Below, piece after piece: positions 1-11,286 of a DNA stretch of 64,000 nt. The stretch covers positions 1 to 64,000 of the forward strand of contig NW_021836127.1 of the NCBI RefSeq assembly GCF_006345805.1, given 5' to 3'. The DNA is from Octopus sinensis. Taxonomy: Eukaryota. Under the pieces are notes generated by a model. That model made no database searches. It saw only the letters and a list, made by a program, of their open reading frames with translations, and was not told the DNA's origin. Numbering within the stretch: the stretch's first letter is position 1; every line of letters starts with the position of its first letter. Position numbers and translations under genes: made by a program.

Positions 1-129
1 AGATAATTTTGAAATTTTCTTTTCAATATTTTCTACCCATGTGCTCTGTGCTTTGTCTCTCATGGTTAGAGATAATACGCACATTGAGCATATAGAATAT
101 CAGAATGCTATTGATATCATTAGATGATT

Positions 130-640
130 ATCTTCGTAATATAATATATCGCCGATTCAATCTGTCATATATCAGTTTTCAAATATTTATTTTGAATTTT
201 TGGAGTTGGTTTACGTGAATCCCTTGGAATCGATTCAATATTCTTAATTTGTAATTCAACTCTTCTAGACACTTTCTAAAAGTGGAAATTTCTGAGCTCT
301 CAAGAAATTGCTTCTGATGGCAATTGCTTCCATAATTATTATCCACTCTCATTGGTTTAACCATTCCTTTGAGTTGACTGAGACTTGCACTCTTCGAGAA
401 TTTTGAATTAAACTTCTCACGGATAAGGTTCCATCCACCTCTTGGTATCCTCCCAATTCTTTGCTTCGTGGCATAAACAATCTGAGGCACCCACTCAGCT
501 TCAGAAACACAAATAGCATCATCGATAATGGCCGAAAGGGATGCAAGTTAGTTGGGATAGTAGGATTCCCAGCAATTGGATTGTCATGAATACTAGTCCT
601 TGTGCTGTTATCCAGCCCAGAGACGACACTCCTGCACTTG
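130..640 (-). mobile_element. Degenerate N-terminal ORF remnant, possibly of an RLE-type (R4/NeSL-like) non-LTR retrotransposon
   Basis: Intronless ORF 179-490 (GGWNLIREKFNSKFSKSASLSQLK) resembles N-terminal regions of R4-like elements. C-terminal pieces of that group occur elsewhere in the window. No catalytic motif here. Confidence 0.3.
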
Positions 641-2207
641 TTATGTTATTTTTATCCTTTTTCGCAGGAAGGCCCCTAGGATTCGATTTCCTATATCATT
701 AGGAACGGACATGCACAACACCACAACAACTATTCTATATATGTTTGTCGACAATAATTATAGAATTTATTTAAACTTTTTTGTGATGGTTATCAATTAG
801 GAAATAAAATTAATAATTGTCAAATTGATATTAAAGAACAAATTATCTTCAATACTAATAATTAAAAAATACAATACCATTAAAGGTATGATTTCGCGAG
901 TAAAAACAATTTTGATCTTTTTTGAGCAAGGAAATGTAAACACGGATTAAAATCTTATGCTCTATTGCAAGAAATGATCATATTTTGAAATACATTGCCC
1001 GAAAACAAATTTTGATTTGCAATAAATCGACTTTCTCCTCTAAAAATTATAACTTAATATTTTAAACTGCTAAAAGAATTTTACGATTTTTAACTTTATT
1101 TTATAAAAAAGTACGAAGTATAAGGAAAACTGGGGATAAAATAATTATTTTCTAAATATTTAAAATCTCTGTTTTTTAAAACCCCTATTTTGAGTGTTCG
1201 AGTTTCAAGTGTTCTCGACGTGTTCGTGTTTGTTATATCTGTATTTTTCAGTATAACAAAATTTTAGTATTTTGCCGAGATACAATACATACCGTCCTTT
1301 TATAACATTACATACAAAATTTAAATTGCAAGGTTTATAATGTGCTCTCGAATTGGTGAATCCTGTCGTATTCATGTCGATGTATTGCTTAGAACACTTG
1401 GAGGCAAAAATACTTGGCTAATACTAGAGTATATCCATATCTATTTCATAGCCTAGTATTAATTATGAGTGACAAATGTTTTCCGTAACAATCACGGTGT
1501 CCACTGTGGGAGCAACAAGCATGAATATTATTTATTTAAGCATGCAACGATGTCTCTCAAAATGATATGGACGACGTGATGTGCTGAGATAGCAAAAAAT
1601 GAAACAAATATAAATTTTTTTTTACTACTAATATTCACTCCTGTACTTAAATAAGCTCATTTCAATTATTGCATTTTTGCTCGTTTAATTCAGGGGTCCT
1701 GATCCGAACAAAAAAGCTAATCTGTGAGGAAAAACATAACCAAAAATCCTTGCAATCAACCAACACTGCACCTCTATTTGCACATCAAATGAGAAGACTA
1801 ATGACAAGGAGGAAAGTGTCAGTATGTCAAGAGCCCTCTTGAAGTCACAAAAATAAACTCACTTCGTCATCTTCCTTCATTAGGAACTGATACATGCACA
1901 CTAACCGATCATAGCAATTTTTTTTAAAAAATTCAAGTGACTTTAAAAAACCAAAAAAAGATTTTTTTCAAATCAAAAACTTAATGTTAATAAACTTTGG
2001 CCAAGTTCTTCGCAATTTTCGTCATGTTTTGAATCATTATTTGTAATTTTAAATTCTGACTTTGTAATTATTTTGAGCGTAGGTTTATCAAACCCAATAG
2101 TTTCATCTATAAGTGTAAGATATCCAAACTCCTTAACAATCTATTGGAATTTAACATAATTTGAAACATTAGAGATTATTAATCTGTCATGTCTGGACGG
2201 ATATACA

Positions 2208-4504
2208 TCAAATATGTATTCTCCTCTTTTACAGGCCACAGAGATGGCCAACGAACGAATTTCTTCGTGGAGTGTTGAATAGACAGACCAAGGTGAACAA
2301 GGATCGAATTCTTTTTATAAATATTACAAAATAACCCATTTCAAAAAAATCTAATGGACTTAGTCGAACGTCAGCAAAATTTGACATATATTCAACCATT
2401 TTTGGTAGAAATTTGTAACAATGTTGGCGGGAAAATGTATTGGTGTCTATAACAAGAATCAAAAGTCGTCGTGCTCTGGTTAGTGCCACATTAATTCTTC
2501 TAAAATCTGACAAAAAACCAACTAAATCTAGAGAATATATTATATATATAACCACGAGTATTGGACCTGACAAATGAAAGAATTATGGCTTCCTTTTCCC
2601 GCCCTTGGAAGGAATCGACGCTGTTTACTTCGAGTTTTTTGAATTTTGACAAATTTTTGACAATTTCTCCAACTTGTCCAGAGTAAAAAGAGATAACCCC
2701 TATATCTTTCTGTTTAACCCCTGCTTTGAGCAGTCTGTGAACAGATTCTACCACAATATCAACCTCGCCTGTAAAAATATTTAAAAAATAAAAACCAGGA
2801 TTAAATTTTGATGCACGATTTATTTTTTTCTCATAAAATGAAAAATCGGCAGTGTCAATCACAACGAGGGCAGCTGAGGTGATCAGAGTACGTCGGACCC
2901 CTTTAAGGTCACTGAAAACTCAAAAAAATGTCTTTTTATACGTAAGAAGATGAGATTTAACAGATATGTCTGGAATTAGTTTATCCTCGTAGAATTCGGT
3001 AGAAGGAAATGACATTATTTTTAAATGCATTCTGTACTGAATAGTCAACATCTTTACACACTCGGGATATAGTTTAGCCACTCTTTCCATTATGGAAACT
3101 CCAAAACCCTCCATTTCTGCTCTACAAAAATATATTTATTATTACTCTAGGGAAAGCACTGTTGGCGGCAATTGATTACAATCTCCAGCCATTACACATT
3201 TGTTTGTCAAAGGAAGTCCCAACCAACATATTGCTTCCAATGCCTACTTGTTTGAAATAAAACAACTTGGCTGCACTCGTCGATTATGAACAAATCAAAT
3301 TTATATGTAGGCTTTTCGTTTTTTCTGAAAATAATCTTTTTTAGCCTTCCCACTCCTGCCAATGTAGTAAAGACTACATGAGAAGAAAGGACAATTTTTG
3401 TAATTTCTCTATTTTTGATTTCCATGTAGTTTTTTAGTAATTGATCAGTCCTTTTCTGATCTTTGATGATCTGCTATATTTTTTAATATAAGAGAACTTG
3501 AGGTTTATTCAATAAAGTTTCAATTTTTTTTAATTCAGGATAACAGTCACTTTCTTTTAGTCGGGAAGCATCAGAATTTATAAGTCCGACTTTCAACATT
3601 TTTGCTTCATTTCCAATCCTAACAAATGATCTTTCGGGCATTTTAAGGGCACTGAAGCCCCCAACTAGATTGTCTACAGCAATATTAGAAGGTGCAGTTA
3701 CGAGAATCTAAAATATAATCAAAAACTAAAAAAACTCGGCTATTTTTGTCTTTTAGTGATTGTTGAATTATTTCAAGTATTACACTTGACTTTCCGGTCC
3801 CCGGTGGGCCTTGGATTATATTAAGATTGGACTGAGAGATCACACAGTCCACAGCCTCTTTTTGACCAATATTTAAATTTTTATTGAAAAAATGAAGTTT
3901 TGAATTAATCGTGGATTTTGGGTTTATTTGTGTTTCTTCCTTTGGAGTTGGAAAAAACATTTTTGCGAATATACAAGATGATTCAAGTAATTCTTTCAAA
4001 GCGCTAATTTATTACTTTAATGTGAAACTTTTCCATTAGCTCATAAACTTTATAATTTGGAATTCTGATTAGTTTATATGGTTGTTTGACGCAGATTTTT
4101 TCATGCAAAAATAGATCCAATAGGCCCAAAAAAATTGAATTAGATTTTCCAATACCCCAAAATACTGTTTCTGCAATTTTAACATTTTTGGCCTCAGTTG
4201 ATAAAAATACATGAAATATATCGCCTGTTTTAATTGTCAAAATCAAACCCTTTTTTAAATTAATATCACAAATTTTTCGGTAAGACTTTTTTGTCGAAAA
4301 TTGAAGTATTATTCGATCGGTAATAGCTCTAGTTTTGTTTAAGAAGTACACATTCTCAATGCACTGTTCTTTGACATTAGAAATGTTATCCCGTCTAAAT
4401 GTTAGTCTTATTTAATTGCTTTTCAACTTTAATGCTGCTATTTTCTCGAACTGTACAAGTTTTATTTGTGTCTCGACAAACTTTTCAATTGTAATCTCCT
4501 CCAT
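2208..4504 (-). CDS. IGHMBP2: SF1 (Upf1-like) DNA/RNA helicase, IGHMBP2/SMUBP-2 homolog, about 10 micro-introns
   Basis: ATG at 4504 (MEEITIEKFVETQIKLVQFEK, like the IGHMBP2 N-terminus). Motifs IIQGPPGTGKS, ILVTAPSNIAVDNL, IIDECSQALEA, AGDCNQLPP, LTIQYRMH, VNSVDSFQGREKEAIILSFVRSN, RRINVALTRARR. Removing 23-30 nt introns gives a continuous frame ending at TGA 2208-2210. Confidence 0.9.
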
Positions 4505-5230
4505 TAATTTTATCTAAAATAATTACTTCTAAGAAATTAAATATTAATATACTAGAAAATATAAAAAACTAAGCAAAAATTAATTTAATTTTAAGAGAGA
4601 TAAACGTTTAAAAAGCAACAAACATACTCTTACGTATAAATTCATTATACATAAAATGCTTCTATATATGTGAATATTTCACGTTATTAACAATAATGAA
4701 AATTATCAAAGTTTAAAACGTCAATATTTACATAAAATAAATTAACGAGGTCAAAAATTTATTCAACTTTCTCTGATCGTGTAAATATCAGAATTATATG
4801 CTAATACCAATACGCCAAATATAAAAAATATTTTTTTTCTCTCAGAGATTGGTTTAATCATCTCGAGGAGGAGTCACGACAGTCGTGAAACGAGCTGGCT
4901 TTTTCAGCGGATATCGTTCGCGATATTACGTGGAAATTGCCTGTCCATCCGCTCGGCGACTCATCTAAATTAGTTAACTTCTCTATTTTACTTGTTATCT
5001 TAAAAAAATTTTTCAGATGAAAAAATAAAAAATATTAAAAAGGAAATTTTTAAATTTTCAGAAAAATAGAATTAATTCAGAAAATTATTAAACAAATAAA
5101 AAATTTATTAACAAATTATTTTAAATAATAATTAATTAACAAAAAAAAACAATTAATTAACAAAAAAAGACAAAAAAATTAATTAACATATATTTTATTT
5201 GATGTCTAATCTTGTGAGTCATTTATTAGC
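4445..5230. repeat. Copy 1 of a local duplication (helicase first 20 codons plus upstream region); copy 2 at 8482-8686 and 11268-12990, split by a LINE and a hAT
   Basis: Near-identical sequence, e.g. ctcgaactgtacaagttttatttgtgtctcgacaaac at 4445 and 8482; ttatcaaagtttaaaacgtcaatatttacataaaataaatt at about 4702 and 12713. Confidence 0.9.
4833..5024 (+). mobile_element. 5'-truncated CRE-like non-LTR retrotransposon 3' end with target-site duplication
   Basis: Encodes SEIGLIISRRSHDSRETSWLFQRISFAILRGN. Flanked by 12-bp direct repeat ataaaaaatatt (4821-4832, 5025-5036). Absent from duplicate copy 2 at about 12830. Confidence 0.75.
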
Positions 5231-5234
5231 CATA

Positions 5235-5430
5235 ATTCTACATACGCAAGTTCAGTTCAATAAGCCAGATATCTTTATCTATTACAGATTGAAGAATGAG
5301 ATTAAATTGGGGAATCTGGCAAGCAGAAGGAAAAACGATCATCGAGAACGGACATGGCTTTTCCAACGCATATCAATAGCCATCTTGCGTGGGAATTGCC
5401 ATTCCATCTTGTCCTCTGCCGATAATTAGT
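5235..5430 (+). mobile_element. Fused R4/NeSL-like RLE fragment plus CRE-like 3' fragment
   Basis: VQFNKPDIFIY (R4-like RLE PD motif) runs in frame into ERTWLFQRISIAILRGNCHSI (CRE C-terminus). Confidence 0.65.
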
Positions 5431-5529
5431 TGCACAAAAATAATATAACCTTTGTTCGCTAACGTGATTATGAACACATTTTCCAACGAAACTTAAAATA
5501 ACTTTTATTAATACTTTGATGTCTAATTA

Positions 5530-5720
5530 AGAATGACTATATAAGAAAACTCTGTCAAAAGTACAAAATTGTTCAAATTCATGGACGACCCAACAATCCC
5601 CAGAGTCAGGGCATAGTTGAAAGATTTAATTAGACAATCACAAAAAGTTTATCCAAATTGATGCCTTCGGATGATAAAAAAAAGTCGATATAACACATTC
5701 GGATGATAACAATCTCGAAA
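5530..5720 (+). mobile_element. rve-type DDE integrase fragment (Ginger/GIN/KRBA2-like)
   Basis: HGRPNNPQSQGIVERFN*TITKSL; related to the copy at 20200-21050. Confidence 0.6.
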
Positions 5721-5809
5721 GTTGGCTCTCGTTAAATCGACTATCAACGAGTCCTGAAAAATCGATCACCACGCTTATGACTCCAGCAAGGAAGCTTGGG
5801 AAAATGGTG

Positions 5810-6280
5810 GTGAACCTGTATCTCAATAACATGGAAATCCCGTTTAAAAAATCCCAGAAAATCCTCGGCGTGACTTACGATAGTCATATGTGTTTCTCTC
5901 AACAAGTTGATAATGTTACTACCAGCTGCATGAAGAAACTGAACATCTTAAAAGTGTTCCTCCGAAAACACAAACAATGGATCAGCTTCCCCGCACGCCA
6001 ATCAATATACCGGCAATTCATCGAACCCTCCCTTAGTTATGCTTGTGAGGCGTGGGGAGGGTTTATCAGTGGAACGAACCGCGTTAAAATCGAGAAAACT
6101 CAAGAAAGCTTCCGAAAAGCACTACATCTACTCATCGCCCCATTTAATGAAATCTTAGGAAGAAACCTCGGGGCTACAGGGCCTAAAACACCACCGCGTC
6201 CTCACAGAAATTGTGCCGGGACAAGGGAGGAGCAACGGGCAAAGTTGAGGACCCTCCTCAGAGAAGCCGGGATCACCTGA
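5810..6280 (+). mobile_element. LINE reverse transcriptase C-terminal fragment (Jockey/I-like)
   Basis: KILGVTYDSHMCFSQQV...SIYRQFIEPSLSYACEAWGG matches the LGVxxD...PxLxYxxxxW post-RT motif. Confidence 0.7.
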
Positions 6281-6289
6281 TTAATTAGT

Positions 6290-6620
6290 TTTATGTTTTG
6301 GACGGTGATCTTGGTTCTAATAATAATATAACACATTCGAAACGCTGTGTTTTGTACTTTCGGAAAGTTTTAAAAATCTATATCCTAATCTTTTCCATGT
6401 CAATTGCGTTGCCAATATTTTACATAATTGTTCAATGGAGGTCAGAAAAGGACTCATTATTGAAATAAAAAGTGCTGCTTTAAAAAAACTCTACCCGAAA
6501 TATTGCCAAAAACTATCAATTGAAAAATTTATTGATCTGATTAAATTACTATGTAACGGCAACAAGTCCAAATGAAAGATTCCAGATTTTTTCCCAAAAA
6601 TACAACAAAATGGGAATAAA
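6290..6620 (+). mobile_element. CGGBP1-like hAT transposase internal fragment
   Basis: GKVLKNLYPNLFHVNCVANILHNCSMEVR matches the CxxH motif of CGG-type hATs. Confidence 0.55.
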
Positions 6621-7514
6621 TAATTGAGATTTTTGAAAATTATTATTACTAGTTGAGTTATTGTACGTTCAAAATGATGAAAATGAATTTAAGAAAGGGC
6701 CAGCCACCAATTAAAATCTTAATAAACATGAAAATACGAAAAAATAGGGTTTTGGAAAATATCCAAAAAGTATTAAATCGTTAGCATTAAAAAGATTAAA
6801 TTATTGTCAAAATAAAACCAATTATATTACAGAATATCGAATACTATAAGAAATTCTGTAAGCCAACAATATATTTAATCAATTTTAATACATATATTAA
6901 CCATTAATATACAAGAATAAAAAGTGATAAATAAAAGTGATAAAGCACAACAACAAACAAATAAAATTATTAAGAGAACAAAATTTGTTGAATCCACAAC
7001 AAAAGCATTGTAAGTCGCAACGTGGTTATCTAATTACATTAGTTTTACCAGATATTTTATTATAATATAATCAAAATTATTTACAAAAAAATAATCAAAT
7101 ATATAAATAACAAGTTTGGGAAATTTGTAAAAGTCTCGAACCCTCATTTGAAAGAACAATTTTCATCTCATAAAAATAAACAATCCGTTTTTAAAAAATA
7201 TTTTTAAAAAATAAGAAAAGAACAAGCATTGAGGTGACCAAAAAGAGACAGAATCAGGAAACGATTTTTTGAAGAAATTATAAGTCAATTCTTTTGCCGG
7301 CGTCTTTATCTTAGAATTAATATGAACTAGATATTTTTATAGTTTCAACAATAAAAAAATTTCCAGGATTGTACCAATTTTCGTGTCCTGTTTCCGGGAA
7401 CCCAACCTGTTGTCTGACATGGATTTTATAGGGTTTTCGGATCAATATAATAATTTTTCGAACCAATATAATAATTTGTCGAATAAATATAATAATTTTT
7501 AAATTTAGAATAAA

Positions 7515-7900
7515 TATGGGATGTTATTCCATAAAATTCATGATAAGGCAGTTAACGGAGAAGATTTCAAAACCGTTTTACTAAAAATAAAAGCATTATG
7601 TTTATCGAAAGATATTACTAATCCTATTTTTATAATGGATAATGCGAGGATTCATCACTACCGTTAACTGGAAAATGATACTGAAGTATCAACTATAATC
7701 AGGAAATTTTTGCCACCATACTGTCCATTTTTAAATCCTATTAAAAATTTTTTTTCAGTATGGAAAAACTTGGTAGTCCGTGGTAAAGCCAAGAATGAAA
7801 CGTATTTGAATAGATGCTCGATAATTTACTACAATTAAACGAAAAATTATTATATGATTCGAAAAGATGTGATTTTCGTAACTTTGAATTCTCTTCCAGA
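7515..7900 (+). mobile_element. Tc1/IS630-like DDE transposase pseudogene fragment
   Basis: FIMDNARIHH ... FLPPYCPFLNPI.NFFSVWKNLV. Confidence 0.7.
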
Positions 7901-7929
7901 TTCTTATTATGAATTAAAAAAATTGCATA

Positions 7930-8309
7930 CGGAATTTTGACAATATTCAGGTCCACTTATATGTGTGAACAAAGTTTTTCTCATATGAATTATATAAAAT
8001 CAAAATTAAGGAACAAAATTACAGATTCGAATTTGAAATCTAACCTCAGATTAAAATTAACGACTTACGACCCAGACATTAACCAACTCTCCAAAGAAAT
8101 AAGGAATCACATTTCTCATTAATGTGTCTAATTAATTTAATTTTTTTAAATGAATTCTTAATTATTTTTAAATTAATGTCTATTTAATTTTATGAATTTA
8201 AATTTTTGACAAGTGGTTAAAGGTGGCTCTTCAATTTTTTGAAATTTCCAAAAATGTTCTTCTCCAAATGTTCTTTTGGCTTTTCTCCAAAATTATTTGC
8301 CGACCCCTG
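7930..8309 (+). mobile_element. hAT (SPIN/Buster-like) 3' end fragment
   Basis: FRSTYMCEQSFSHMNYIKSKLRNKITDSNL dimerisation motif, then right TIR tttgccgacccctg ending at 8309. Confidence 0.75.
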
Positions 8310-8460
8310 CCCTAGCTGGATCATTTTAAAAATATTTTGATTCTATTCTGTGTAAAGAAATCGTGAAATCCCTGAAAACAAGCACCGATTAAATTGAATT
8401 CGTCTCAATGAACACAACCAAGCAACCACACTCAGGAGACTGGTTAATCCTTAGCATCTA
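8310..8460 (+). mobile_element. CRE-like retrotransposon internal fragment
   Basis: Clear nucleotide similarity to 21500-21640, which reads in the CRE frame (WDSIRCKEIVKCLKTS...HxGDWLN). Confidence 0.6.
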
Positions 8461-8481
8461 GAGAAGTATTCTTATCAATTC

Positions 8482-8686
8482 CTCGAACTGTACAAGTTTT
8501 ATTTGTGTCTCGACAAACTTTTCAATTGTAATTTCCTCCATTAATTTTATCTAAAATAATTACTTCTAAGAAATTAAATATTAATATACTAGAAAATATA
8601 AAAATACTAATCACAAATTAATTTAATTTTAAAAGAGATATACGTTTAAAAAGCAACAAACATACTCTTACGTATATATTCAGTAC
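8482..8686 (-). pseudogene. IGHMBP2: Duplicated IGHMBP2 start (20 codons) and about 145 bp of upstream sequence
   Basis: ATG at 8541 gives MEEITIEKFVETQIKLVQFE, then diverges into ELIRILL*. Confidence 0.85.
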
Positions 8687-11258
8687 AATACAATTTATTT
8701 ATTTTACTAGTTAGGAAGACAGGAAAAAACTAGCCATTATCGACGACGGGAAATTTTAAAAAAGAATGAGGCACCGGAGTGTCTCTACTTAGCAGCATAT
8801 TTTCCTGATATCTGATGTCCACTAAAAAAGCAACCGCGCCTTCTCCAGGACGGACTGTATTTTATGGACGCAGGATTCATATGAGTTATCCAATTTTTCT
8901 TTGAGATGAAATCTGGTCAGGCTTCGTAGGATTTTAACGGCTCTCTTCCTTTGGGTATCGATATGATTTCCATAGGATCCTCTGGCATCTATTGTAACCT
9001 CAAGGTATTGAACGTTCTACGAAAGTTTCAAGTCCCCAACTCCAAAGACACGAGCATTTTCGCTCCTCCGCTTCGACAGCCTGCACAGGTGCCAGACGCA
9101 GTCAAAAGCCTTTGACAAATCCAAGCACACAGCAGTCGTGCAAGATTTATTACGTATTGCCCAAGAAAGTTCCCTTTCTAGAACCTTCAAGCAGTTTCCC
9201 GTGGATTTCCCAGGACGAAAACCCCATTGTACAACGGAAAGCAGATTATTCTTTTCAACATGTAATGAGAGTCTTTCAAAATTATTTTCTCCATAATCTT
9301 CGAAAAAGCGCAGATCAGGCTTATAAGCCTGTAGTTTTCTGCTAGGAGACTTGTTTTCCCAGGTTTCGGGATCATACGAACGACTGTGCACTTCCAGGTG
9401 GGCGGAAGATAACCAAGGGTAAAACTAGCGTGGAAAAGCATAGTTAGAGCACGTAGGAGGATCCTCGGAGCTTACTTAAGAAGTAACACAAGGTATGTAG
9501 TCGAAACCAGGGGCCTTGTTTTTCAGCCCTGCTATCGCTTCTTGTGTCTTTTTTTCTGTAATAGTCTTGCATAGAGGTCCACTCACAAGATTTAGAGATT
9601 CTAGCCTTGAAGTGACTTTCTCAAAGGTCTTTTGTGGAATAATTGATTCAGGTTCGACTTCTTGGGTTTTCCCAGCTGCCTTCTTAGTTCATCCGGGACA
9701 AGATCGGAGGGGATATACTTTCCATCTTGCCCCTTTAACACAATATTGTCGCCTTTCCCTTCCGCGTTGTTCTGCGCTGATACGCCTTCCAAAACTTTGG
9801 ATTTCTCTTATCCAGCATTCGGCATTCCTTCCTCCATGATTTTTCTATTTTCTTTTTCCCAATTTCAACTATCATCGTCTTGAGGTGGTCGATTTCAACT
9901 TTTAACTGATTTCTGACTCCCACGTTGGAACACCTCATCGTGCGATTCTCGAGGTCGTCTATATCCTCCATGGTCCGAAGAGGACGGAGCACGGTAGTAT
10001 TAAGTGCCAAGCGCATAGAGTACTCAAATAGATGCCAATCCACATTCGACAGAGTATATCCAATAAACACGTCTTCTGTCAGATTTATTTTCGTCCTTAG
10101 TCTCAATGATTGCGGGATGTGATCACTTCCTACATCCACCTCGATTGTCGGACGATCACAGAGTGGAGTAATAGACGCTCTATCCGGATAGTGGTTTAGC
10201 TCTTCGGACGTCCATATCGAAAAACCGAGATTTCGAGACAAACTCTCAAGTGCCTCTCCGTCCGTATTGGTTGCTTCACACCTATAGACAACATTCTTTG
10301 CGTTCAGGTCACCGGCTAGGATAGCCAGATTGTTTTTATCAAAGAATGTCCTAACAACCGCCGGGTAGCTTCTCAAAGCCTTTGAATACATCCCTCCGAC
10401 AGTAACCCAGCCAACGGCTGTAAGTACTTCGAACGATATAAGTTCACAGGACTTGTCTTCAATAATCTTTCCGTTTTTGACTCTCATACTTCTATTATAG
10501 AAGACAAAGGTTCCTGCTACTGCGTCAGTTTTCCATGGGATATTGAGGGATTTGTAGCCTTCAAATTCAATTTTATTTGGTCCCTTCAACTTTGTCTCGT
10601 TGACAATCAATACGTCCGTTTTCGCTGAGGCTAGCAGAAACCTCAGCTCCGTTACCCGTCTCGTGAGTGAGCGGGCATTTAGAATTGTCAGAACGAGGAA
10701 TCCTTCCGACATGGGTGGCTGACCTCCCGTGGGAGCGCCACCTTTTTCGGTAAAGGGGGTCTGCCTGCTTTCCGCTTGCTACCCATTTCAGCCGGCTCTA
10801 GAGGCGTCCCATCGTCCTCCAGCCGGGCTTCGGGACTTGGCAGCTGAACTCCAGAATTTGCTACCGCAGTTTTCTTCACTGCTCTCGTCTTCGGGGCGGC
10901 GGGTTTTGTTTCTGGGCATGGGTCCGTTTGGATTCCCGTGTTAATTAAACAGGTCTGAGTTCCGGATTCGATCCGTTTCTGACAATGTCGTCAGTTTGAA
11001 CACTAATATCGTATTTCTTTGGGGATATGTGGTCAATTAGATGAGTTCTCTTCTGTGTGCTAATAGCAGCATGCGTAACAGATTCTGGATCAAGTAACTT
11101 CCCCGACCAAGGGGCCTTCATGCCAGACATTTGTCCTTCATTTACACGATTTTCCTTAGTGTGAGTCATTTCCAGTTTCTTCTTTATCGATTCCGGATCA
11201 AGTAACTTCTTCGACCAAGGGTCCTTCATGCCAGACATTTTTATTGCATTTACACGAT
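8682..11258 (-). mobile_element. Jockey/I-like LINE (APE endonuclease plus RT), frameshifted and internally deleted
   Basis: APE: LTILNARSL, IVNETKL, ILAGDLNAK, VGSDHIP (9735-10712). RT: WKCTVVRMIPKPGK, YRLISL, QWGFRPGKST, VCLDLSKAFDCVWH; no YADD seen. Possible TSD tatatattc (8673-8681 and 11259-11267). Confidence 0.85.
11065..11240. repeat. Two about 55-bp direct repeats at the LINE 5' end
   Basis: gattctggatcaagtaacttccccgaccaaggggccttcatgccagacattt and gattccggatcaagtaacttcttcgaccaagggtccttcatgccagacattt. Confidence 0.85.
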
Positions 11259-11286
11259 TATATATTCTCACGTTATTAATAATAAT

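Noticed and set aside
1340-1450. Penelope GIY-YIG fragment
   Set aside because: SKQYIDMNT is too weak a match and has no supporting RT nearby.
9516-10122. Plus-strand ORFs overlapping the LINE, and similar antisense ORFs over other TEs and genes
   Set aside because: They are antisense shadows of real coding frames with no independent motifs.
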